Assembly (NCBI GenBank): GCA_026914245.1
Contig: CP110439.1
Coordinates: 7,254,001 to 7,318,000 of the forward strand
DNA: 64,000 bases
Origin: Puccinia triticina
Lineage: Eukaryota
Reading direction: 5' to 3'
The notes under the pieces: model-generated
Seen by the model: only the letters and a program-made list of their open reading frames with translations
Databases searched by the model: none
What the model was told of the DNA's origin: nothing
Program-made: the position numbers and the translations under genes
Shown here: positions 25,126-36,347 of the stretch, one piece after another
Position numbering within the stretch: the stretch's first letter is position 1
Layout: the number at the start of each line of letters is the position of its first letter

Positions 25126-26340
25126 GAAAGACCAGTGGACTATCCCTTTGATTTTCATGCGTGCACAGGTGATGGTATCTTCTTTGTTGATGCAAGCAAT
25201 ATTGAGGTAAGTCTCAAGATCACAAATGATCTTGTTGGATTCTGGCAAAGTTTTCACAGTTGGCCTCTTCTGCAAATTCGGAGGTGTGACCGCGCCATAG
25301 AGGCCCGTGATGGGGTCTAAGACTTTGATGTTGTCGTATGCGTCTTCTTTGTCACGCGACCTTGGTTCATGGCGGCGTCCGTCCAAGGCAGCCAAACGGG
25401 CGCTCTTCCTCGGGATGTTTGGCAAGCTAAAAATCCTCGTGGACTTCAAGTTATTTCCCTTCAAAAGAGTGCATTTGAATCAGTGAGTGTTAAATCAAAA
25501 CGCTTGAAACAAGCCTTGACTTACATTAACCGTGCATACAATATCTGTATGTTCCAAATCCAATAGCGCAAGGCGTTCAATGGGCAATGCCTGTGCAAAT
25601 TAGGTCCAAAACAAAGATTAGAACAAGAACTCAGCGGGTTGACCATAACCAGCTGGCTTACATCCATTGGGATATCCATCATCACACGGATTTCAACTCC
25701 ACTACACTGCAAAAAAAACTGTGTCAACTGTGAGCAGTTGACATGTGGTAACTCTGAGGAAGCTTGTGGTGTTACACCAGCCTTACTCAAGGTTTGACTC
25801 AACCCAAGCTTTAACGCACAGTCACTGTGCACCTTGCACAGTGGCTGTGCCAACAAAGACACTTGTGCATTCAGGTGGAGCTACAATGGCAGCTTGGCTT
25901 GAGTTCTCTGCATGTCAACTGAAAGCAGTTGACCAAGTTTTTTTTGCAGTGCTAGGATACGCATTGTAAGCTTGTGTGGCAAAATCAAGGAAGGCAAGTT
26001 GGCCTTCAATCTGACACCCTTTGGGTGAGCCGTATTTCTGATCATTATAAATCTTCCCGTACCAAGAGATCAACTTGCTCTTGTTGACCGCTTCCAAGTG
26101 TTTGATCACAAAAGGCTTCCCGGTGGCGATGTGCTTGATCACTTTGCCTTGACAGTAAGTCCAAGTCATTGCATTGATGTTGGCCATCCAGGTGGTCACT
26201 TCCGTTTTGGGAGCTAATATTCTCCACGGATTGGCAGTGGTGCCAGGACACCCAGGTGGAGAGCGCACTTGGAGAAATAGTTGTTAGTCAATATGCACCA
26301 CTGCATCTCAAGGTGGACGTGCTATGACTTCTTCAGGCAT
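25126..26340 (-). pseudogene. Cargo gene B of element I (unknown N-terminal domain plus SAM-like C-terminus)
   Basis: LISWYGKIYNDQKYGSPKGCQIEGQLAFLDFATQAYNAYP aligns with EISWFGSISGHPKYGPPHGFLLQGHLDFLGFGAAAYKAYP (~41800-41950). LETYLNIACI..GIVHWSF. Interrupted by a CACTA MITE and the KDZ element. Confidence 0.8.
25705..25951. mobile_element. CACTA/EnSpm-type MITE
   Basis: TIRs CACTGCAAAAAAAACT / AGTTTTTTTTGCAGTG. 3-bp TSD CTA. Removal restores AYPSGVEIRVMMDIP. Confidence 0.9.
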
Positions 26341-27179
26341 TGTTTTGGGACATAGAACTTGGGCTGATGGGTAGCAATGATCTTCGTCAATTGAGGAACC
26401 TAGAATAACAAGCAATTTCAGATACTAATCACTCTGAAAACATGTGTGATGGATGTCTTCTGACTCACAATACGAATAAGCAAGCAATAAATCTGCACAA
26501 ATATTATGTTGGGTTTGGGTCAAACGAGGGGCAAACAAAAACTTCACGGAGATTGGCTTAAAGGATTAATGAAGCCGCCGTGTCTGGGCCTCTTGAATAG
26601 CCAAGCTGTTTGCGTTCTCAAGCGTGCCATCAGGAGTGAGGATATGTTGCCCCATTCCCTCTCACTCACTTGGTCTCCAGGTATCATTCTTGTGTTGCAT
26701 GTAACCATCATATCCTCACAGGCTCATTTATCTTCAGTGCCTCCAGGACTTGCCCCTGATGAGCATATCACCATATGAATCCTGTCAAACATCATTTAAT
26801 ATAAAGATGTCAAAAGATTATAAGGGCTCAACCCATTTAAACAGAAATGCAATCATGTGTTGCATGTCAAACAACATGTGAAGGGCAGGCTGCTGCATAC
26901 GCAACCACCACTCACAAATGCCCTCGAGGCTGGTAATGCATGTAACCACATGTGAACGGTGAGATTTTTCAACAGTCATTAGATATATTATATATAATTA
27001 CATACACAGACCAAAGGAACAAGAATGAGAACTGTATATAGCGCATATAAGGGAAAGAGACACATAGCAAACACAACCAATTTAGATATGATATGAGATA
27101 TAGACGGATTATGAGATACAAGAAGATACAAGATATAGTTACAGACAGATTATGATGTAATAGAATAATTTCACAACTA

Positions 27180-29510
27180 TCACAAACTCAGTGAGGAAAG
27201 GTGAGCCTTATACCTGCGGACACTTGCACGTAACTTAGCAATTATTCCCACACTGATCTTCATTTTTTTGAATTGATGAAGGGTCACATAATGGGGCTGA
27301 AACTGCTTGTAGTGATTAATACCCTTAGCACGTAATTTATTTAGTGTGTCTATCTGGTCATCAACCACACCGGAGAATTCAATATAATCCAACAGAGTAT
27401 ACGCAAGAGGCCCGGTTGGCTGCTCAATCCCGGATGAAGCTGGTGACGGTTCTCGGACAGGTATCAACTGAGATCGAAGTTTGGCCTGTGCAGCCACATG
27501 GGCCTGCGTAATTGCGGTTGCAATGGCAACGACTAGAGCCGTGTCGATTGACAGAGTAGTCCCGTTATTGCCTTTGCAGGGTGAAGGAGCTCCGCAAGAT
27601 TTGTACTTCAAGGATCCCAGAGGGGATTCCAGTGTCAAACCAGGTGTACGCTTCACCTAAAGTGCCAGTAGGGTGGTCAGGCATCAACTGCAAATCTATG
27701 CTGACCACTGAGCGGAAGCAACTCACCAGAGCATTGGCCCAAATGTCCACATGTGCGTGAGTAAGCAGGATGTAATTATTGTGAGAATTCCAGCTCAGGG
27801 GAGCGGCGTTGACCTCATAAAATGAGAAAGGCGCCAGGAACCGAACCAGCTGCGGAATTTGGTAAGCAAACGCGAACCACTTCCGCATTCCAAAGCAGCG
27901 TAGCGGGAGTTGCAAAACTTAACTCATCTTTTTGACGTTACAGTTCCAGCAAACGTGAGTGGCAAGATTAGGCTCAAGGAAAATCCTGGCCCACGATCAC
28001 TCATCGAGAGAATCTCAGTTAGCGCCAAAGGTAAGCAACTGCAGAAACTCAAGATAAGCTGATTAGATAGACACTAACGTGCTATCGCTTCTTTTAGGCA
28101 GAACTGCCAAGAGCAACCAGACCGACCAATCCGATACCGCTCAAAGAGCAGGAGAAGCTATTGGTAAGAGTGTCGTGTCCCTAGTCAGGCAAAGCGGTAA
28201 AATAAAGGCAGTGGCTGACGCAACGCTGTTTCATAAACAGACAATGTTGCATTGCTTCTTAGCCGTTTTGCCGAAGCCAAGTGAGGAAACCCTCAGGTCA
28301 AACGACCGCCTTGAGTAAGGCAATGCTGCATCTTGAGAAAAGAAAAAGAAAGGTCGGGAACTAACAATGATATATTGTTTGTCTAGATAAGACCGAGTCA
28401 ATCATCCAACTCGACATATATCTTCATTTCTTTTCATTCTCTCTTATTAGTAGAGAGCGGTCTAGTTCCTGCTCTTAGGTAATTCTTTCCCACTTCAAGA
28501 CTTCTTTCATTTCTATCCATCAGTCAATTGTATTTACAATAACAGAAAGTCTGATGAAGAAACAATCTTAGTTCTTTGGAGTTTTTCAATTATCCGGGTC
28601 CGCAGGGTTTGGGTAGGAGGGGAGCATAGTATTTTAGTGTTTGTTAATTGTGTACTTTTCATAGATCTGATCTTGGTAAAGTTCCAGGTCATTGTAATTG
28701 GCGCAGCTGGAATTTTCCTAGTTGATTGTTTTACAAATGAGTATTGCATCAGATATTTCAACTTGCAGGTGAGAAGAGAACAGAAATTACATACTTCATC
28801 CGAACCCAAGTTTGCCCCATTGGCGCGCCGTTGAGACTGAGACAAATTTGATTACCAAGCTTGCTCCTTCAGGACATTCCTAGATATTAAGTCATCCTTA
28901 CAAGCTTGGTCCCTCTTCTCTTGTGGGTTTTCCATTGTGATTATAATGCCCCCTTTCTTGGGGCGGTTGGCAACAATGTAAGTTCTCCACGATTGGAAGG
29001 CCAATTTGTCAAGCATGTTGGTTGGGGCTGATTTCAACCACTCTTTGTTGCGGAGGATGTACGCACTCCATTTGATTGTAGGGGGGTTGGAATTGGTCCC
29101 GTCTTTGATCTTCTGGCCCATCTGTTTGTATTCCTCCGAGGCAGCTTCTCAAACAATTGATTGGAAGCAGTCCCAACTTTTTTCCTCCGGATTAAACTTC
29201 ACTGAGCACCCCTTTGGCTGTCAATAACAAACCCACTGGGGGTCTTTCTTCTTTGGCTTCTTGTCCGGGCAGTATATGGTAAAGTTAACCGCACAGATAA
29301 AAACAGATGGGCGGCTGTGAACCGGTCAATGATGCGCTGCTTTCACACACGGAGAACAAATTGGCTGATGTGACGGTTGAATCAGAGGAAATACCAGTGA
29401 AGGAATGGCCGAGACCTGGCTCTGATTGACAGGCAAATGACTGAATTTGTTCCGGAAAGTCAGTCAGATGAGATGAAACATGTGAGTGACGTCAGATGGC
29501 TTACCTGATC
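27180..29510 (-). pseudogene. Cargo gene A of element I (unknown N-terminal domain plus SAM-like C-terminus)
   Basis: IKWSAYI..IIITMENP, YPNPADPDNYILLTHAHVDIWANAL and PGLTLESP match VTWAVSI..LSLKMKNP, YVNPADPSLFIPLTHGNAQIWAKLL and RGVSLQSP of the gene at 38675. Split by a solo LTR. 5' limit approximate. Confidence 0.8.
27780..28588 (+). mobile_element. Solo LTR (809 bp)
   Basis: TGTGAGAAT...TTTTCA with perfect 5-bp TSD ATTAT (27775-27779, 28589-28593). Removal restores the gene A frame. Homologous to 31284-32062. Confidence 0.9.
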
Positions 29511-30968
29511 AATTGGTATAGCTCAGGAAGCGGTGATGATGATTGAAGGTGTGGTGGACAGATGGGTACACACGTGGGGGTCAAGTTTTTCTTGCGCGTG
29601 GTGCGCGCCGGCGGCCGTCATTAGGTCCCGCAACTCAATGAAATATGATAAGGTCCCGCGACTCAATGAAACTTTGATTGGGTCCTGCGACTCAATGAGA
29701 GTTATGGCGCAGTCCCCAGCCCTCAAGAATTTCTCAGGTCCAACAGCGCGGCGTGGCGCGCATCCTCAAGGCGTTTCAGGATTTCTTCCTCTTTCTATTC
29801 TCTTCTATGTTTTTTTTTTTTTTTTTTCTTTTGTTTTGTTTTGTTTCTGCTGTTTTGTCTGCTGTTGCGCGCGTGTGCGCTAGGTTGTGATGAGCTGTCT
29901 GCTAGATTTCACAAACTCCAAGGTTTGGGTTCAGTTTGAACTCAGGCTTTGGGGCGGCATTCACCTACTCTGAACCGTATTTTTCAGTCTCTCCATCAAT
30001 TCAAAGTTATTGTCTTGGCGTCATTCTGCCCGTATTCTCAGTTTTCTCACGTCTTCTAAAGTTCACTACCCCACAAACGCCAATCTCCACCACCTTTTGG
30101 TTTTGATCACACTCCCGCCGGCAGTATCCCCGGCTCCCTCTCGAACAAAACCGCCGACGCGCAATGCCAGCTGTCAGAAAATCATCCCCCCCAACGCTCA
30201 ATGACTCTCTGCGCTCACTCACGGCCAATCACCCCGGAGGGCATACACAACTCAGACTTTCTCTTTTCATTCCCCTCCACCAACTGCCTACTGCCCTCCA
30301 CGGTAGGAGTTCCTCAACGGGAGCGGGGTGAATCCGGCCTAGGAATCACACTGGTAGATTTGTATGGTTCAGTCAGTCCTGATGAAATGATAAAAATATG
30401 GGGATTGACTGACCTGATTGAATCAGTAGAATCTGGGAAAGATGCTGAATCACACAAGAAGGTTGGGTTGGAGCCGGAGCGTAGCGGAACGACTTGGTCA
30501 AATTGGTTAATTCTGGTGATGCACGCATCAAATTTTGTGAACCTTTGAAAGATGTCAAAGGATGCCAGATTGGCTGGGTAGGAGCAGGAGTGCAGCGGGA
30601 CAAATCAGGCAATTGGGATAATGCTGGTGATGCGTGCGTCAAATTGCGGTAAGAATCTGGCCATCTGTGTTCGGGAAATTCAGGCCAAGCGGTTGAAGAG
30701 CGGGAGAAAGGATCGTAGGGTGCAGGGGACCACCTGACTGAATTGGAAAGTTCAGTGGAAGCGGGCCGAAATAATTGGTGGTGAGTCGAGTGTGCAAACG
30801 ATTGTGTGATGGAGCTTAAATAGTTGAGACCTCACTGGCTCTCACTGGAGTGGGGTGTCACATTGAAAGATTCTGGGTTTGCGCAGCTCGCACTCAAAAT
30901 TTAAGATTATGCGAGCAACAAAACCAGAAAATTTGAGAATTCACCCAAGCATTCAGCAAAACACAGTA

Positions 30969-33720
30969 GGTGAGATCCAGTTAATTGATGAATGTGGCAA
31001 TACATTTAACAGTGTAGACACATGTGCGGCTGCTTCATGCCACATTGACTGTGGAATCTGAGATTGTAACAACATACACCTCATTTTTTTGAGCAAAACT
31101 CCATTAAACCGTTCAGCAACACTGTTTGTTTGCGGACAACTTGCCAGACCTCGCTCAACCAAAATTCCAAGCTGTTTAATCTTGTCCATAAACTTAGCTG
31201 ATCTGAACTCTCTGCCTTGATAGCTGTGAAGGTAAGCTGGTACCCTTTAAATCTTGTTCTTCAATTCTTCAAACAGAGACAACTGTGAGAATACCAGCCA
31301 AGGTGACCAACAACCTTCTCATAAATTGAGGAAGTTGTTGCAATCTAAAGCTGCGGAAATAGGTGAGCAAAATCAAACCATCTCCGCAGTCCAATGCGCA
31401 GCGCAGCGGGAGTTGGAAAAACTAATCACATCTGTATGATGAATGTAGTGCCAACGACCGCAAGCAGCAAAAATCAGCTCAAGGAAAAATCCAAGAGAGA
31501 GTCTCTACTCAAGCGAATAACCACAAGCGCCAAAGGTATGCAGTGTTTAGGCAAGAGTAAGATGAAAAGATAGTAGCTAACTGCTCTATTAAAATTCAGC
31601 TAGGCATTGTCCAAGAAGAAAAGACCAGACCTGCCAAATCCACTTGAAAAGTTGGAGAAAAATTTGGTAAGTGGCAGAGTTCTACAAAAGGGCGGCTAAA
31701 GAAACAGAAAAGCTAAGCTTGATCTACAGACAACAGAGCATCACTCCTGAGCCGTTTTGCCAACCCAATCCAGGAATAGGAAAGAAAAGGCAAACTGCCC
31801 TATCAAAGTGAGAAATGGCAACAGTTGAGATCCGGGAGTAAAATAGGATAACTGACGCTCAGTTACGCTAAAAAGCACCGATCAAATCAATACTGATATT
31901 GTTCAGCTTCTTTAAACCTTTTTATCTAAGTAGACAACGGCCTATTGCCTGCTCTTAGGTAAACCAAAATTCCTCTTTCCTATTGTCTAGATCAAAAACT
32001 ATTGTACATAGTGATAGCATATAGACTAATAAATAACACTCTTAGTCCTCTGAATTCTTTCAACAAAAATTTTGATTCCAACTCTGATTTAGCCTTGAGC
32101 ATGTAGATTTGATTAAAACTGGTTGCATCATTAATAACAACCAGTATGTACCAAAAACCCAGTTTGGATGGAAGGGATATTTGGAGAACATCGGTATGTA
32201 GTCAATGAAAAGGCAAGCTAGATGACGTAAGTTTACAGAAGTGAGGCTTCTGATGTATCTTCCCTTTCAATAAAATTTCACAATGCTTTCATTTAGTTGA
32301 ATTAGCAGGTGACAAGTGATTGTGTTGACAAAAACATTCAACGTATTTATCCAATGTGTGACCCAAACCATAATGCCAATTGAATTTGTCCGGAATCTTC
32401 ATGTTAACCATGCAGATGTACTCAGATATAGGAGTCATAAACAGCTTTCCTATTTGTGGAAATGTTGCCACAATTTTCTCACCCCCTTTGATAAGGAATT
32501 GATTGGTTTTGAAGTGTGGTTTTAAACCATGATTGATAAGTTGAGTGGCTGAGAGAATGTTTGCACATCCATTCGGAACATGGAATACGGGATTTATAAA
32601 ATAATCTCCCATCTTCAACGTGCCGACGTGAGTTGCTTTGATTGGAGACAAAAATGTGTTCATGAAGTGATTTGTCAACCGCTGAATGTCGGTCAATAGC
32701 TCTAAGTTGATCAGACAAGATTGTGCCGCGCCTGTATCAAACACTAGGAAACAACAAAATATTCCTTCAATTCTTGTTGAATGGTGCTGACAAAAAAAAT
32801 TGATCTATCAGAATCAACTTCAAAAGGGCCTCATGCTGACTCTGAGCTTGATTGATCATTATGGACCAAGCCCAACATGTTGGTGGATGCAAATTTTTCA
32901 TTAATTCTGACACTGTGAGATCATTGACCAAGCTTTCAATCTTGTCAATTTAATTTTTGACCAAGTCAGAGGAATTTGACTTTGAGGAGAATTGGTTAGT
33001 CGTTGATTTTGACTTATTTGTCATTGACTGACTACCATTATTTAGTTTTGGAGCCACAGCTTTAGGCTTAGAATTACTAGAATTCTTGGACTTCTTCTTG
33101 TTTGCTTTTGCTGATGAGTTTGTTGACAAAGTAAATAACACTTTGTCTTGAGAATTTGCATGATTATTTTGCCGTAAACCTTCAATAAGAACTTGATCTG
33201 TCACATTCTTTAAATTAAACGGTTTGATATTGTAGCAGGTTTGAACAAGAGAAGCCATTTTTGTATCATTTTCCAGGCTGTCTCAAAACAAAGCCGCCGC
33301 CATGAATGAGGTAACGGTTCCGAATTCTTGCATGTGATTTGCAGTTATATCGGACAAACAAGTATACGCCGTCTTGAACGCAGTGATGTGATCAATGAGT
33401 GAAGTACCTGGATGAAAACGCATTGAGTGGACCTTCTTATAGGCCGAACAAGTTGTTATAACCAAATTCTGTCCACATGCCAATGCCAGAGCTTCCCAAG
33501 CGTCCGGAAATGACATATTGTGTTCAAGAATTTCATTGTAAAGTTCTTTACTCACTGCGCCGTACAACGCATCGAGAGCCTTGTTGTGCTTTTTCTGGAT
33601 TGATTTGCTGTTCTTCTCGTCTACAACCCATTTCTTATCGAGCAAGTCCTGGAGATTATGTTGTTTAAGATACAGTGTAAATCAAGATTTCCACTGTACC
33701 CAGTTTCCCAGATGTAACTT
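30969..33720 (-). mobile_element. Copia element II, 5' part (gag, protease, integrase core), degenerate
   Basis: gag-like DAWEALALACG..SLIDHITAF; protease FDTGAAQSCL; WHYGLGH; PQTNSVAERFNGVLLKKMRCMLLQSQIPQSMWHEA. Confidence 0.9.
31284..32062 (+). mobile_element. Solo LTR (779 bp), same family as 27780-28588
   Basis: TGTGAGAAT...CTTTCA. TSD ACAAC / ACAAA. Shared internal blocks (AGCGCCAAAGGTA, CCTGCTCTTAGGTAA). Confidence 0.85.
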
Positions 33721-33739
33721 GTCTGCTCGAATAGATGCT

Positions 33740-34070
33740 CCTCAAGATGACCGGAACAAACCGGTCATCATATCTATCTCTAGATGACTGGTTCTTTCCG
33801 GTCATTGGGAGGAGTGCATACTTCCTTGATGACCGGAACAAACCGGTCATCTTGATCAGTACATCTTCCTCTTGATGACCGGCTCGTTCCGGTCATCTTG
33901 GGAAGTACATACTCCTCTCAATGACCGGAACGAGCTGGTCATTGAGAATTGGGCAAGTGACTATTGATGGCTGGTACGGACCGGGCATCAAGGAGGGAGT
34001 GTACTCCTCTCAAAGTCCCCGCCGGCCATTGCAAGTGAAGAACCTACTGACCAGCCATTGGTGGAGGGTT
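33740..34070. repeat. Stem-loop repeat array (GATGACCGG-N6-CCGGTCATC)
   Basis: About five palindromic units at ~40-45-bp spacing, truncating the copia gag. Confidence 0.75.
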
Positions 34071-34090
34071 ATATACACTCCATTTGATAA

Positions 34091-34727
34091 GGGGATTCAA
34101 AGTTGGCCAATTGCAACCAGCGGTGGGTAGTTACAATACGCTACAATAACCGCCGTTATCTGCGTAGCGTAACACTTGCCGTTACTGCGCTCAGGCGTTA
34201 GCGCTAATAGTAACGACCAGTTGTAACCCCAGGCCCGTATTGTGACGGGCCTGATTTTTTTGGTGTGTTACTTGCATTACTAGTAGCGTAACGCGTTAAC
34301 CACCGGTTAACAAGATAAAGAGGGGCAAATGGCCCCCTCTGGATCATATTCAGTCCAATATCTGCCCCCCATGTGGGCAGATATCGTAACAGATGTCAAA
34401 TTTCAAACATCCTGGGTGTGTGATATTGTAATGCACTTCCGTTACATCTAACGGTAACGGTAACGAGAGAAAAACCGTTACAATATTGGTACGTTACCAA
34501 TAACCGTACCGTAACTACCCACCGTTGTTGCAACTTGCATGCAATTTTGCAAGTTTGTGTTCAAGGCTGTTAGTGATGACCAACTTGCAAAAGGGCATTC
34601 AAGAAGGCTTAGGGGGCTAGTACAATGTGACCTGCATGAAATTTTGCAACTGGGTGTTCAAGAATAAACTTGAACACTGACTTGAAAAAGTGCATGCAAG
34701 TCGCACTTGGCCAACTTTGAAACCCCC
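34091..34727. mobile_element. Harbinger-type MITE whose left TIR is interrupted by another MITE
   Basis: Left GGGGATTCAAAGTTGGCCAA[TTGCAAC]TTGCATGCA; right reverse complement GGGGTTTCAAAGTTGGCCAA[GTGCGAC]TTGCATGCA. Flanks TAA / TGA. Confidence 0.75.
34118..34527. mobile_element. MITE with 7-bp TSD
   Basis: TIRs CAGCGGTGGGTAGTTAC / GTAACTACCCACCGTTG. Perfect TTGCAAC at 34111-34117 and 34528-34534. Confidence 0.9.
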
Positions 34728-35104
34728 TGATGACTGGCTTTGAGCTGCTCTTGATGGCCGGTACTCACTGTCATTTGTAGGGGAGGCAATACAAGGATGT
34801 GATGAGTGTATCTTTTGACGGTGCGGGGGAGGGGAAGGTGTAATCCAAGGTGAAAAAAATAGGTCCGACCTATTTTTCCAATCTGAGGAAAACAGTCCAT
34901 TTTCCTTGGATTATGAGGATGTCAAATAGGCGCTATGGTACTCCCACCAGGAAAATAAAATAGTCAGTTGATGACAAGTGACATTACACCAGCTCCAGCC
35001 AGCGACCCACCATCTATCCAATATCTATCCAATATCTACCCCAACCTCCCAACCATCTCCTCAACCTCCAAAATTTAACAAGGAGGTCCTGTTCAGTTTT
35101 TGAT

Positions 35105-35670
35105 GAGCCCAACTGATCCTCAGTTCTGTCCAGCTGATACTCAGCTTTGGTACCCAGCTCATACTCAGCTTTTCTGCCCAGCTCATACTCAGCTTTTTCA
35201 CACAGCTCACTCTCAGAATTGGAATAAAGCCTTTTGACAGGTCCTTGCCCAGGTGATGCTCAGTTTTGTACTAGTCCTGGCGCAGCTGATGCTCAGCTTT
35301 GTACCAGTCCTTGCTCAGCCTTCTCCTAGTCCTGTCACAGCTGATGCTCAGCTTTGGCCCAGTCCTGGGCCAGCTGGCCAGCTGATGCTCAGCTTGCTGA
35401 GTATCAGCTGATCCAGGCCAGGGAAAAAGATGGGAATCAGCTTGGACAGGATCAGAGCTGAAAATCAGCTAGGATAGGGCCAAAGATGAGCATCAGCTGA
35501 GCCACAGCCAAGGCTGAGCATCAGCTGTGCCAGGGCCAAAGATGATCATCAGGTGACCAGTTCCAAAGCTGAGCATCAGCTGGGCCAGGGGAAAAACTGA
35601 GCATCAGCTGAGCCAGGGTAAAAGCTGAGCATCAGCTGGGCCAGGGCAAAAGCTGAGCATCATCTGGTTT
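35105..35670. repeat. Fold-back array of CAGCTGATGCTCAGC units
   Basis: Units run forward to ~35395, then in reverse complement (GCTGAGCATCAGCTG) to ~35665. Confidence 0.75.
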
Positions 35671-36347
35671 TTTCACATTGAGTGCTTTGATCCTGACACC
35701 TATCATGTGAGCCCCAGATGTGCTGGTGGAGAGGAGCAGCATTGGAGCAGTGTTGGAGCTGAAAACAAAGCTGTGTCATGTCACTTGCCATCAAGTGACT
35801 ACTTTTTTTTCCTGGTGTCCGGATTCTGGGTTGCTTGGATTTCACAGAAAGTTCAGAATCCCAGATCCTTGGAATCCGCGGGCTATGGTACAGGCCCTTA
35901 TTGTTTCATACGGAATGCACAAGATGAGACTTGCATGACGATCAACGGAGAAAAAAACTTGAGAAACATATCAGGCACGTACGAACAATTCATATTTCGG
36001 AAGTGCATATTTATCTCGAGTCTTGTAGGGTCACTTGAGATGCCGGTCGTCGCGGGCCGAGCGACCCCTTATGTGGGAGCGTTTAACTTGCCAGACATGT
36101 TCCAAATGTAAACTATTAAGGTCGGGCAGATGAAACAGAATGACCAACAAACCTGTTGGAGACGGCGAAATAACAATTCCTATACATACATATTTGGGGT
36201 GAGCAAATTGTCCTCGCTCCAAGTGAGCATCAACTGGAGGCTTCAGGTATTTGGATCACTCTCAATTTTCATTTTGCCTCACCCACTATCCACCAGCACA
36301 ACTGGACAATTGTGTGGTTGAAACTAGCAAGCTCGGCACTGGCAGCC

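Larger units (their letters stand above)
7910..30966 (+). mobile_element. Tc1/IS630-like cargo transposon I (23,057 bp with nested insertions; ~7.2 kb net)
   Basis: TA|CTGTGTTTTTCAGAATGCTTG... and ...CAAGCATTCAGCAAAACACAG|TA, with imperfect inverted similarity over ~60-70 bp. TA at 7908-7909 and 30967-30968. Excision restores copia integrase WISPTSALAKLNNLIETDQTNMPLIPFG. Confidence 0.9.

Noticed and set aside
24508..25464. 318-aa ORF as an intact gene
   Set aside because: Chimera of cargo gene B read through the KDZ insertion junction into the minisatellite.
30373..30700. Possible third cargo gene in element I (short internal duplication)
   Set aside because: Low-complexity fragment with no counterpart recognised in element II.
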